In this document: positions 45,230-54,475 of the stretch, piece after piece | Numbering within the stretch: position 1 is the stretch's first letter | How the letters are laid out: each line of letters begins with the position of its first letter | Source of the DNA: Clostridia bacterium | Lineage (GTDB): Bacteria; Bacillota; Clostridia; Oscillospirales; CAG-272 | Assembly (NCBI GenBank): GCA_017483195.1 | Contig: JAFULR010000016.1 | Coordinates: 7,169-71,168, forward strand | DNA length: 64,000 nt | Direction of reading: 5' to 3' | Notes under the pieces: model-generated | The model's database searches: none | Told to the model about the DNA's origin: nothing | What the model saw: only the letters and a program-made list of their open reading frames with translations | Program-made: the position numbers and the translations under genes

Positions 45230-45658
45230 ATGTCAACTTATTTTGCTAATGCAAATACCATTGAAAGAAAATGGTACGTTATAGACGCTGCTAATAAGCC
45301 CCTCGGTAGAACTGCAGTTGCTGCTGCTAACATTCTCCGCGGTAAGCACCGTCCCGAATTCACACCCCACGCTGACTGCGGTGAATTCGTAATCATCATC
45401 AATGCTGATAAGGCTATTCTCACAGGTAGAAAGCTTGAGCAGAAGTACTACTACCATCACTCCGGTTACATCGGCGGTATGAAGGCTGTTCAGTACAAGA
45501 CTCTTATGGCTACAAAGCCCGAGCTTGCTATGACTCTTGCAGTTAAGGGCATGCTCCCCCACAACACACTTGGCGCAAAGGCTGCTACACGTCTTAAGGT
45601 TTATGCAGGCGCTAACCACAAGCACGAGGCTCAGAAGCCCGTTGCTTACGAAGTTTAA
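45230..45658 (+). CDS. rplM: 50S ribosomal protein L13
   Basis: [42 protein letters not shown]. Confidence 0.99.
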   Translation: MSTYFANANTIERKWYVIDAANKPLGRTAVAAANILRGKHRPEFTPHADCGEFVIIINADKAILTGRKLEQKYYYHHSGYIGGMKAVQYKTLMATKPELAMTLAVKGMLPHNTLGAKAATRLKVYAGANHKHEAQKPVAYEV

Positions 45659-45678
45659 TGAAAGGTAGGACGAAGAAT

Positions 45679-46080
45679 ATGTATACAAGCTCAAAGCCCT
45701 ATTTTTACGGAACAGGTAGAAGAAAGAAATCCGTTGCCCGTGTAAGAATCGTTCCCGGTACAGGCGTTATTACAATCAACGGCAAGGATATCGACACATA
45801 TTTCGGTCTTGAGACACTCAAGCTCATCGTTAACCAGCCCTTCGGTGCTACCGGCACAGAGGGTAAGTGGGACATCATCGCTCTTGTAAACGGCGGCGGT
45901 ATCTCCGGTCAGGCAGGTGCAATCCGTCACGGCCTTGCTCGTGCACTCGTTGCAGCTGACGAGGCTAACAAGCCCGCTCTTAAGGCAGCAGGCTTCCTTA
46001 CACGTGACCCTCGTATGAAGGAAAGAAAGAAGTACGGACTCAAGGGCGCTCGTCGTGCTCCTCAGTTCTCAAAGAGATAA
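45679..46080 (+). CDS. rpsI: 30S ribosomal protein S9
   Basis: [46 protein letters not shown]. Confidence 0.99.
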   Translation: MYTSSKPYFYGTGRRKKSVARVRIVPGTGVITINGKDIDTYFGLETLKLIVNQPFGATGTEGKWDIIALVNGGGISGQAGAIRHGLARALVAADEANKPALKAAGFLTRDPRMKERKKYGLKGARRAPQFSKR

Positions 46081-46101
46081 AAAACAACAAATTATGCTTT
46101 T

Positions 46102-46137
46102 TACAACACCTGCAGTTTTGCGGGTGTTGTTTTTTAT
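46102..46137 (+). terminator. Terminator after rpsI
   Basis: ACAACACCTGCA-gttt-TGCGGGTGTTGT followed by a T-run. Confidence 0.75.
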
Positions 46138-46307
46138 CTCTGTCGAGCTGAGGCTAACCCGAAGCACAGCATTCGGGTTATGTCGCCCTAAAAACATCAC
46201 ACTGTGATGTTTTCTTCACGGGCTCACAGTTCACAAAGAGATAATCCCCCACTTGGGATTGTTTCGATATACAAAAAAGCTCTGCTTTGGCGGGGATTTT
46301 TGTTTTG

Positions 46308-46423
46308 CGGACCGTCGAGGACGCCGGTCCCTACGAGGTTAGTTTGTGTTGGATACGGGAGGGGAGACCCCTCCCCTACGGTGAAGGATATTATATATTG
46401 TAGGGGAGGCGTTTCGCCTCCCG
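46308..46423. repeat. Three GTAG-footed REP palindromes
   Basis: 46308-46334 (minus), 46356-46379 (minus) and 46400-46423 (plus), all GTAGGG...CCG hairpins. Confidence 0.8.
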
Positions 46424-46535
46424 TTTTCAAAGGGCGGTTAAATTTGTAAAAAAATTCTGCTGTCCTATTTACTTTTGCTGAAATATATGATACAATGAAA
46501 CTGTTAATAGTCCTAATTCGTAGGAGACGCTTGAA

Positions 46536-46871
46536 ATGGAAGAAAATATTATCGCAGGTATTCTATTCTTAATATCATTATTTGCGCTTATAGCAAGCAT
46601 CCGTTCCTTTATGGGAAAAGGATTTCTTTTGAACAATGCATATATTTATGCTTCAAAAAAAGACAGAGAGAAAATGGATAAAGCGCCATATTACCGCCAA
46701 AGTGCAATCGTCTTTTTATTTATCGCTTTTATATTTATATTGAACGGCATTCAGCTCTTAACAAAGACCGAATGGCTATTCTACGTGGTCTTGACAGTGA
46801 TGGCGGCGACAGTAATATATGCTATTGCGTCGAGTATATTGATTGAGAAAAACAGAGGAAAAAAACAATGA
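46536..46871 (+). CDS. Small membrane protein (DUF3784-like)
   Basis: 3 TM helices with KGFLLNNAY.YASKKDREKMDK. Confidence 0.7.
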   Translation: MEENIIAGILFLISLFALIASIRSFMGKGFLLNNAYIYASKKDREKMDKAPYYRQSAIVFLFIAFIFILNGIQLLTKTEWLFYVVLTVMAATVIYAIASSILIEKNRGKKQ

Positions 46872-47131
46872 AAAAAGTATTTATGTGCAGTTTGGTTAAG
46901 GGTGGCTTGCTCGGAGGAGCAATATACGTTGAGCCCGATTCTGTTACTTATAAAACCAATAAGCTTACGGTTGATAAAAAGTATAGAAATTTAGTATTAC
47001 TCAAAAAGGACATAAAAGAAATCACCTGGAAGAGAGTAGTATTTCCCGTTGCTACGTTCCGTATGGCAAACGGCGAAGAATACAGTGTGATGATATTTAA
47101 TCGCGCGGGGTTTGAAAAAGCGTTAGGATAG
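46868..47131 (+). CDS. Hypothetical protein
   Basis: Overlaps the upstream stop (ATGA); RBS GAGG. Confidence 0.65.
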   Translation: MKKVFMCSLVKGGLLGGAIYVEPDSVTYKTNKLTVDKKYRNLVLLKKDIKEITWKRVVFPVATFRMANGEEYSVMIFNRAGFEKALG

Positions 47132-47142
47132 GGAGGATTATT

Positions 47143-47526
47143 ATGCCTGATAAAGTGATATGGATATTACTGTCTATATTTGTGATAGTATTTGCTGTTT
47201 GCATAGTTATCCTTGTAAGAGAAACCAAGAAAAAGAAAATGACCAAGGAAGAGCAGGATGCTTACTACGAGGAGTACTTTGCTAACGAGGGCGAGATAAC
47301 TCTGACCTACGCCGAGGTTGTGAACCTGACTTGCGGAACAAAGGTGATTGGAAGCAAATCCCCAAAATGCGTTGAGAGCTACGTTGTCACCTTTAGAGAT
47401 CAAAATGGCAAGATATTTCATATCGACGTTGATCGCGAGATGTATGATGCTATCGATATTGGTATGAGGGGACTTTTGCGTCTCGTTGATGGACATCTTA
47501 ACAGCTTTGAGCCGGATAATATTTGA
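47143..47526 (+). CDS. DUF2500-like single-TM protein
   Basis: N-terminal TM helix; YVVTF....V..EMYD.I..G.RG.L pattern; RBS GGGAGG. Confidence 0.6.
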   Translation: MPDKVIWILLSIFVIVFAVCIVILVRETKKKKMTKEEQDAYYEEYFANEGEITLTYAEVVNLTCGTKVIGSKSPKCVESYVVTFRDQNGKIFHIDVDREMYDAIDIGMRGLLRLVDGHLNSFEPDNI

Positions 47527-47544
47527 TTTTGACGAGGTGATAAA

Positions 47545-47874
47545 ATGGCAGGAGCAATAATTTGGAGCATAATAGTTTTCGGTTGCGGACTCTTGTTTTT
47601 GGGTATTGGTATTTATGCCTCAAAACGTGAGAAGCCGATGTGGTTTTACTCCGGAACGACGGTTGATGCATCAAAAATTAGCGACGTGAAGGCTTACAAC
47701 CGTGAAAATGCGAGAATGTGGGCGCTTTATTCGCTTTGGTATTTCGCCTCGGGTGCAGTATATTTTTGGAAGGCATGGATGGCAGTTGCCTTGCTCGTTC
47801 TCGCTTGCACGCTCGGAATGGGCATTTTGGCAGTTACATACCACAAAATCGAAAAGAAATACAAGGTAAAATAG
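47545..47874 (+). CDS. Small membrane protein
   Basis: RBS GAGGTG; 3 TM helices. Confidence 0.7.
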   Translation: MAGAIIWSIIVFGCGLLFLGIGIYASKREKPMWFYSGTTVDASKISDVKAYNRENARMWALYSLWYFASGAVYFWKAWMAVALLVLACTLGMGILAVTYHKIEKKYKVK

Positions 47875-48603
47875 ATGAATAAGCTTTATAAAAAGAGTGA
47901 AATTTGGTTTGCAATTTCGTGGATAATTGTTTACGTTGTGGGAGCTAGCATTGCGGACGAGCTTTCGCGTCTTGTTGGAATTGAAAAGGTATTCAGTGTG
48001 CCGTATTTGCTTGCCATGAGCATTCTTGCGATCATTTGGATGCGCAAAAACGGACTTTTTGAAAGATACGGGCTCTGCAAGACGGACGTTGAAGCGAAGA
48101 GATTTATTTATTACGTGCCCCTTATCGCGCTTGTTTCGTGTAATTTCTGGCTCGGAGTGAGCAAAAACGGCTCGTGGGCTGAATTTGCCCTCTATGCTGC
48201 AAGTATGCTTTGCGTTGGATTTTTGGAGGAGGTAATCTTCCGCGGATTTTTGTTTCGCGCTATGGAGAAGGACGGAGTAAGGAGCGCGATCGCGGTTTCG
48301 AGCGTGACCTTTGGAATTGGACATATAATAAATCTTTTCAACAGAAGCGGCGCGGAACTTTTACCGAACGCTTGTCAGGTAGTCTCGGCTATTGCGATAG
48401 GGTTTTTGTTCGTTGTGATAGCTTACAGAGGAAAGACCATCGTCCCGTGTGTTTTGGCGCATCAGTTTATCAACGTTTCAAGCTTTTTTGCAAACGAGAG
48501 CGCGCTGACGGACGGACTCAGGATCGCGCAGTCGGTCATTATTTGCGTTATCGCAATCGGATACGCCTTGATTCTTCTAAAATCTCTGCCCAAAAAAGAA
48601 TAG
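47875..48603 (+). CDS. CPBP (CAAX/Abi) family intramembrane metalloprotease
   Basis: EEVIFRG, FGIGH and HQFIN motifs. Confidence 0.88.
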   Translation: MNKLYKKSEIWFAISWIIVYVVGASIADELSRLVGIEKVFSVPYLLAMSILAIIWMRKNGLFERYGLCKTDVEAKRFIYYVPLIALVSCNFWLGVSKNGSWAEFALYAASMLCVGFLEEVIFRGFLFRAMEKDGVRSAIAVSSVTFGIGHIINLFNRSGAELLPNACQVVSAIAIGFLFVVIAYRGKTIVPCVLAHQFINVSSFFANESALTDGLRIAQSVIICVIAIGYALILLKSLPKKE

Positions 48604-48610
48604 CTTTTAT

Positions 48611-48640
48611 AAAAAAGCACTCCTCGGAGTGCTTTTTTTA
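48611..48640. terminator. Terminator
   Basis: AAAAAAGCACTCC-tc-GGAGTGCTTTTTT. Confidence 0.75.
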
Positions 48641-48708
48641 TTTTGCGCATGAAGTGACAAGTTTCTTATATTGAAAATGGTAGAATTGTATAAAAACGGA
48701 GGACGGTT

Positions 48709-49065
48709 ATGATAAAGGAAGAAAAACTATTTACTTTTGATGTTTGTGACGGAGCTCTCACCGTCAAGCTTGTGGGTGAGATAGATCATCACAGCGCAGT
48801 TAGTGTCAGGGCGGATATTGATTCGCTTATTTTTGAAAAACGCCCAAAAAAAGTGGTGCTCGATCTTTCTGAGATAAGCTTTATGGATAGCTCGGGATTG
48901 GGACTTATTATGGGACGCTATTCTCTTGTCCGTGAGCTTGGCGGCACACTGACTCTGCGCTCACCAACGGTGGCGGTAACTAAGATTTTAGCTCTTGCCG
49001 GTATGGAAAGGATAATAAAAATCGAGAAGGCATTTGAGGAGGATGATGAAAATGAAGAGAACTGA
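48709..49065 (+). CDS. spoIIAA: Anti-sigma F factor antagonist
   Basis: GEIDHHSA, FMDSSGLGLIMGRY. Confidence 0.93.
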   Translation: MIKEEKLFTFDVCDGALTVKLVGEIDHHSAVSVRADIDSLIFEKRPKKVVLDLSEISFMDSSGLGLIMGRYSLVRELGGTLTLRSPTVAVTKILALAGMERIIKIEKAFEEDDENEEN

Positions 49066-49504
49066 TATGCGTGGGAAGATACTGAATTCTATGAAGCTTA
49101 CGCTTCCCTCATATTCAATAAACGAGGGAATTGCGCGCGGCGCAGTAGCGGCTTTTTGCGCTCAGCTCGATCCTACTGCCGCAGAGCTTGGAGATATAAA
49201 ATGCGCGCTTTCGGAGGCGGTGACGAATGCAATTGTTCACGCATACCGAGATACTATAGGTGAAATTTACATAAGTGTTGAATTGATTGAAAATTCCATT
49301 GTCAGAATCAAGGTGAAGGATAAGGGATGTGGAATTTCGGACGTTAAATGCGCGCGTGCCCCGCTTTTTACCACGGATAGGGCGGGCGAGCGCAGCGGAA
49401 TGGGCTTTACTGTTATGGAGAGCTTTACGGATTCTATGAGAGTGTCGTCCAAGGTCGGAAAGGGAACGTCGGTCACACTTTATAAAAAGATTGAGGGAAG
49501 ATAA
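49052..49504 (+). CDS. spoIIAB: Anti-sigma F factor
   Basis: SEAVTNAIVHAY, DKGCGI, ERSGMGFTVMESF; start codon uncertain among 49043-49067. Confidence 0.95.
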   Translation: MKRTDMRGKILNSMKLTLPSYSINEGIARGAVAAFCAQLDPTAAELGDIKCALSEAVTNAIVHAYRDTIGEIYISVELIENSIVRIKVKDKGCGISDVKCARAPLFTTDRAGERSGMGFTVMESFTDSMRVSSKVGKGTSVTLYKKIEGR

Positions 49505-49522
49505 CCAATAAACGGAGGATCA

Positions 49523-50269
49523 ATGAACGCAATCAAGACGGAGCGGGGAGAGAGAAATCTCGATCTGATAATGCGCGCGCAGAGTGAGGACGAGGAGACC
49601 TCAATGCTTGCGCTTGAGGCTATAATTGAAGAAAATATGGGCCTTGTGCGCTCGATCGCGCTCCGCTTTCGCGATAGGGGAACGGATTACGAGGACCTTG
49701 TGCAGATAGGGATCATCGGGATGATGAAGGCGGTGCGCTCGTTTGATCCCGGCCGCGAGGTGGTGTTTTCGACCTATGCCGTGCCCCTTATTATGGGGGA
49801 GATCAAGCGGCATTTGCGCGATGACGGGCCCGTGAAGGTATCAAGGGTATATAAAAAGCTCTCGGCGGAGCTTGGCAGGGCACGAAACAAAATATTGACC
49901 GACGAGGGCAGGGAGCCGAGTATTTCGGAGCTTGCGCAGATCTGCGGAATATCGGTTGAGGATGCGGCGGTCGCGCTTGAAACGGTCAATCCGATAGCTT
50001 CTCTTTCAGAAACCTTTGGAGAGGATGAAAAGCTCACTCTTGAGAGTCAGCTTGCGTCCACGGACAGAGAAATAGAGAGGCTCAACGATAAAATTGCGCT
50101 CAGTCAAGCGATAAGCAGACTGCCCCGCGATTGGCAAAAAATAATAACTCTGAGATATTATCGCAATCTGACCCAGCAGCAGGTGGCGAACATAATGGGG
50201 CTTTCTCAGGTGAAGGTGTCGCGAGAAGAAAAAAAGATACTCACAGTTCTCAAAGGTGAGCTTCTGTGA
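49523..50269 (+). CDS. sigF: Sporulation sigma factor SigF
   Basis: NMGLVRSI, EDLVQIG.IG, FSTYAVPLIMGEIKR.LRDDG, TQQQVA..MGLSQVKVSR; third gene of the spoIIA operon. Confidence 0.92.
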   Translation: MNAIKTERGERNLDLIMRAQSEDEETSMLALEAIIEENMGLVRSIALRFRDRGTDYEDLVQIGIIGMMKAVRSFDPGREVVFSTYAVPLIMGEIKRHLRDDGPVKVSRVYKKLSAELGRARNKILTDEGREPSISELAQICGISVEDAAVALETVNPIASLSETFGEDEKLTLESQLASTDREIERLNDKIALSQAISRLPRDWQKIITLRYYRNLTQQQVANIMGLSQVKVSREEKKILTVLKGELL

Positions 50270-50319
50270 GTAACAAAGATTTAGATTTGTGCAAAATTCA
50301 GTTCTGAATATCAAAAAAA

Positions 50320-50484
50320 GTTCATACTATAATACATAGTATGAACCTGATATGAGTAGATTATACTCCTATTTGTTTGAAATGTCAACAGAAATTGAGA
50401 AAAAACAGTAAAAAAATATTGTTTTAGCCCGATTTTTCCTGAAAATCCATTAAAAAGGTTCATACTATGTATTATTATGTGAAC
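50320..50484 (-). promoter_or_regulatory. Candidate invertible promoter (switch 2), OFF orientation
   Basis: Sites GTTCATACTA-TAATACA-TAGTATGAAC (50320-50346) and GTTCATACTA-TGTATTA-TTATGTGAAC (50458-50484); between them is a minus-strand TTGACA(50388-50383)-17 bp-TATAAT(50365-50360). Confidence 0.82.
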
Positions 50485-50516
50485 TTTGATAAATACATTT
50501 TTAGGAGAAAAACGAA

Positions 50517-51815
50517 ATGAAAAACGCAAAAAAAGGTTTTACACTGGTTGAGTTGCTTGTTGTAATTGCTATGTTGGCTATTCTTGCGACTGTGACCGTT
50601 GTCGGATTGACGGGATGTATTGAAGAAGCAAAGCTCTCGGTAGATTTGCAGGGAGTTGAGCAGATGAATACAGCTCTTGAAGCAGCTTCTGTTACTGGTG
50701 CACCTAAGAATTTCAAGGAATTTGACAAAATTCTCACGGATGCAGGCTTTAACACAGAGGAGGGTATCAGATCTCTCGTTGATGGATATGCGATCTACTG
50801 GTATAAAACACACAACGTAGTTGTTCTTGCAAAGGACGACGGAACACTTGAAGGCCCCGGATATGAGGCGGATATGGCTGCTGATTTCGCAAATGATTTT
50901 GCATCCAAGAATAACATCTATGACCTCGCAATGTGCGGCAGTAAGTTCTACGTAGGCGATGCGCCTGTAGGCTCTCTTCAGGAGGCTCTTAATATTGGAG
51001 GCAAGATCAATCTTGCAAGCGATATTGAGATTGACACAATGGTTAACGTATCTAAGGACACCGAATTGAATCTTAACGGTTACTCCATTACGTCAACTAT
51101 CGCTTCAGGTCGTCCGTTCAATGTAGTTGGTAACGTTAAGTTCACGCTTAATGCAGAGGATTCCGAGGTTGCTTTCGGTGCTTACGGCTTAATCGCTATT
51201 AAGGGCTCTAACCAAGAAGCTATCACTGCTAATGTAGTGATCAACGGCGGCTCCTTTGAGGGCGAAATGGACAACGGTGCATTCATTAAGGTAGTAAATG
51301 ACGCTAATGCAACGGTAATCCTTAATAATGTTACATATAAGGATAACACAAATCTTGGTTGCACAACTGATGTAGGCACAGATGTTTCTTATATTACCCA
51401 TATGAATAGCGGACGTAACTGTCTGCTTGACATTCAGGTTAACGGCGGTAAGTACGACGCTGACTGTGGCTTCATTGCTCCGAGCGGAAGCTTTGAGAAT
51501 GTAACAATCAATGCACGCGGCTTTGGTATTTATGCTATTAATGCTTCAATTGAAGGCTGTAGTATAACTACAACAAATATTCATGATGTTGGCGGTCATA
51601 CTCCCGCTGCTGCAGTAGCTGTGTCTAACGCAGGAACTATTACAGTAAATGATTCCGTGCTTAACGCAGGTGAGGACGGAGATGCAACCGCATTGTATTC
51701 CGGTAAGCTGATTGAAATAACCAATTCTGCTATCACAGGTAACCACCACACATACGGTGATAGCGAAGCTTCCGTAACTGTTGACGGTGTAGCACAGGAG
51801 CTTGTCAGAAGCTAA
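50517..51815 (+). CDS. Type IV pilin-like protein (432 aa) with a beta-rich, possibly solenoid, C-terminal domain
   Basis: MKNAKKG|FTLVELLVVIAMLAILATV; C-terminus has repeated I/V-N-G-G-x-F/Y strands. Confidence 0.88.
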   Translation: MKNAKKGFTLVELLVVIAMLAILATVTVVGLTGCIEEAKLSVDLQGVEQMNTALEAASVTGAPKNFKEFDKILTDAGFNTEEGIRSLVDGYAIYWYKTHNVVVLAKDDGTLEGPGYEADMAADFANDFASKNNIYDLAMCGSKFYVGDAPVGSLQEALNIGGKINLASDIEIDTMVNVSKDTELNLNGYSITSTIASGRPFNVVGNVKFTLNAEDSEVAFGAYGLIAIKGSNQEAITANVVINGGSFEGEMDNGAFIKVVNDANATVILNNVTYKDNTNLGCTTDVGTDVSYITHMNSGRNCLLDIQVNGGKYDADCGFIAPSGSFENVTINARGFGIYAINASIEGCSITTTNIHDVGGHTPAAAVAVSNAGTITVNDSVLNAGEDGDATALYSGKLIEITNSAITGNHHTYGDSEASVTVDGVAQELVRS

Positions 51816-51876
51816 TCTGTAACTATTAATACAAATCAGATATATCAAACTGATCTACAGTTTGTTTCTCAAATTT

Positions 51877-51950
51877 TTTCCCCATGGGCGCTCGCGCCCG
51901 TGGGGAATTTTGATATACAAAAAAACGGGAGCGCGAGCGCTCCCGTTTTA
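51877..51950. terminator. Two back-to-back terminators between convergent genes
   Basis: TTCCCCATGGGCG..CGCCCGTGGGGAA and AAAACGGGAGCGC..GCGCTCCCGTTTT. Confidence 0.7.
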
Positions 51951-51963
51951 TTATTGAATCAAA

Positions 51964-54240
51964 TCAGTTCTTATTCTTGGGCTTTTTGATCCTGTTAAGC
52001 TCCTTGTTCATCTTAAGAAGCTCTTCCTTTGTGAAGGAAATATTAGCCATGCCGATCATGGACGTAAGACGGAGAACGGTGAAGCCTGCCATCATTTCCA
52101 TAAGTCCGCCGCCAGCTGCTGAGAAGTCAACGTTGAAGCCGCCCTTCTTTTCGCCGTCCTTCTTGTTAGCGTCCATCTTTTTCTTGAGTGTAAGACCAAG
52201 CTTAGCAAACCAGAGCTTACCGGAGATTGTCTTCATGATCTCACCAAGAGTGTCGTTAAGAGAGAAGCATCCCTCGGGAGCCTCAACGTCGAACCAGTTA
52301 AGGATTGCGCCCTTTTCTACAAGAACGTAATCCATATTCATCTCTTCAACCTTGCGGATCTTACCTTCATCTGTGAACTCGCCTGCCTTAGCAACGATTG
52401 TGGACTCGCCAACGTTCTTAACGTCAAAGTAGAAGAAGTGGTCGGGAGCAGTCTTTGTGCCAATGGATTCGCCGTTTACGAAAAGCTCAACTGTGGGAAG
52501 GTTGGAGTAAACTGTTACCTTTGTAACGTCCTCAACTCTGTCAACGTATCTCTTGCCGCAAAGGTGAACGAAGGGAGCCTCCTCGGGGCTTCTGAGCCAT
52601 GCCTTGTAAGCATAGAAGGAGTCCTTCTTATACTTTCTGTCCATGGTCATAAGACCCTTGTGGTTCTGACCGTTTTCGCCGCCCTCAGCTCTTGCGTCAG
52701 CGCCGAAGTCGAACATATTCCATACGTGAGTTGCCCACATATATTTTCTTGAGAAGAGCTGCTTGATGAGTTCTTCGTGATAGTATGCCTGATATTCCTC
52801 GGTGTAGTCACCCTGCTTAGGATCACTTGTGTGCCAGTTAAGTGCCTCACAACCATATTCGGAGCATCCGATCGGGATGGAAGGATGAGTAGCGTGGAAC
52901 TTATCGAACCAAGGTCCGTTCATTGTTGTGTCGCCGCCGTACCAGCCAAAATAGTGGTTATAGGAAACAACGTCGGGGATCTGGATATAGGGATCATCCA
53001 TCTTGCACATAGAAACTGCTGCGATGGTTGTAAGACGAGTTTTGTCCATTTCGTGGCAGAGATTATTAAGGATCTTATGGTTTTCAAGAAGATCGTTATC
53101 GGATCCCGCGATGGAAATTTCGTTTGAAAGCCCCCAAACAACGATGGAGGGGTGGTTATAGTTCTGAGAGATAAGCTCCTTCATCTGTGTGATGGTATTT
53201 TCTCTACCTGTGGGCATATGTCTGGAAATATAGGGGATCTCAGCCCAAACTACCATACCGTACTCGTCGCAAAGATCGTAGAAGTACTGATCGTGCTGAT
53301 AGTGAGCAAGACGGATGGTCGTTGCGCCCATTTCCCAGATGTATTCCATATCTTCCTTATGATGCTCGGGAAGAAGAGCATTACCTACACCAAGTCTGTC
53401 CTGGTGACGTGATACACCGCGAAGAGGATATTCCTCGCCGTTAAGGATAAATCCGTTTTCGGGATCGATCTTGAAGGTTCTGCAGCCGAAGCGCGCGGAA
53501 ACTGTGTCTATACCGTTACCGCCGTTGATGATGGATGCCTTAGCTGTATAAAGGTAGGGATCCTTTCTTCCGTGCCAGAGGTGAACGTTCTCAACAGAGA
53601 AGGTAACTACCTTGCTTTCGGAATGTGTTTCGGCAACGAGATTGCCCTCTGCATCATAGATAGCATAAAGGTATTCGTGATTTGCGGGAAGATTTGCTCC
53701 GTAAACCTCGATCTCTACCTTTGCGTTCTTTCCTTCAACTGTGGGTGTAACCTTAATGCCGGGTGCACCGTAGTAGTCAAGGTCAAAGTGAACGTTGGGA
53801 ACTGAAACGATGTTTACGTTTCTGTAAAGACCGCCGTAGAAGGTGAAGTCTGCCATCTGAGGGTAAACTCTTTCGTTAGCAGCGTTGTCAACAACGATTG
53901 CAAGAACGTTTTCTTCGGCAAGATCATTTGTGAGGTTAACTCTCCATGTGGAGTAACCGCCGTCGTGGTGAGCGAGATGCTTACCGTTGAGGTAAACGTC
54001 AGCGGAAGAGTTAGCACCGTTGATTTCGAGGTAGTGAAGGTCCTCTGCGGGAAGCTCTGATTTTGCAAAGCTCTTCTTGTAAACACAAGAGCCGCGGTAA
54101 TAGTCGTTTCCACCGTCCTGACCGTCAAGAGCGTTCCAGGAATGGGGAAGATTAACAAGCTCTGCGCCTTCAGCAACGCCTATATCAGCAGTTGCCTTGT
54201 AGAAGCTCCAATAGCTGTTAAAATTAAGAATGGATCTCAT
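51964..54240 (-). CDS. Glycoside hydrolase family 2 (beta-galactosidase/beta-glucuronidase-like)
   Basis: HDGGYST, DFTFYGGLYR, LRGVSRHQD, IRLAHYQH, NHPSIVVWGLSNE, SEYG. Confidence 0.93.
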   Translation of the reverse strand: MRSILNFNSYWSFYKATADIGVAEGAELVNLPHSWNALDGQDGGNDYYRGSCVYKKSFAKSELPAEDLHYLEINGANSSADVYLNGKHLAHHDGGYSTWRVNLTNDLAEENVLAIVVDNAANERVYPQMADFTFYGGLYRNVNIVSVPNVHFDLDYYGAPGIKVTPTVEGKNAKVEIEVYGANLPANHEYLYAIYDAEGNLVAETHSESKVVTFSVENVHLWHGRKDPYLYTAKASIINGGNGIDTVSARFGCRTFKIDPENGFILNGEEYPLRGVSRHQDRLGVGNALLPEHHKEDMEYIWEMGATTIRLAHYQHDQYFYDLCDEYGMVVWAEIPYISRHMPTGRENTITQMKELISQNYNHPSIVVWGLSNEISIAGSDNDLLENHKILNNLCHEMDKTRLTTIAAVSMCKMDDPYIQIPDVVSYNHYFGWYGGDTTMNGPWFDKFHATHPSIPIGCSEYGCEALNWHTSDPKQGDYTEEYQAYYHEELIKQLFSRKYMWATHVWNMFDFGADARAEGGENGQNHKGLMTMDRKYKKDSFYAYKAWLRSPEEAPFVHLCGKRYVDRVEDVTKVTVYSNLPTVELFVNGESIGTKTAPDHFFYFDVKNVGESTIVAKAGEFTDEGKIRKVEEMNMDYVLVEKGAILNWFDVEAPEGCFSLNDTLGEIMKTISGKLWFAKLGLTLKKKMDANKKDGEKKGGFNVDFSAAGGGLMEMMAGFTVLRLTSMIGMANISFTKEELLKMNKELNRIKKPKNKN

Positions 54241-54405
54241 TTTAATTCCTCCTAAAAATATGAATAAACATAATTTTGCATTATATTACATTTTACATTA
54301 TATCAAAAAGCCTCGAAAAGTCAAGAGCATTGCAAAATTGTTTACAATTTGCCAACATATGAATATGGTTCACGTTTTTATGAACAATGGATTTATCAAT
54401 ATTTG

Positions 54406-54434
54406 TTGACAAAAAATCCATTTTGTGGTATAAT
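54406..54434 (+). promoter_or_regulatory. sigmaA promoter of the MFS transporter
   Basis: TTGACA-17 bp-TATAAT. Confidence 0.8.
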
Positions 54435-54475
54435 ATCACCTGCGATATTTTCGCAAAAAATTATTGGAGGATATT

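Noticed and set aside
50458-50484. Chromosomal dif site
   Set aside because: One arm is dif-like, but the core is 7 bp, there are four copies in inverted pairs, and they enclose promoters
54368-54385. GTTCAC-N6-ATGAAC palindrome as a third inversion site
   Set aside because: It is 18 bp rather than the 27-bp 10-7-10 layout and has no partner site; it is more likely an operator for the GH2/MFS divergon
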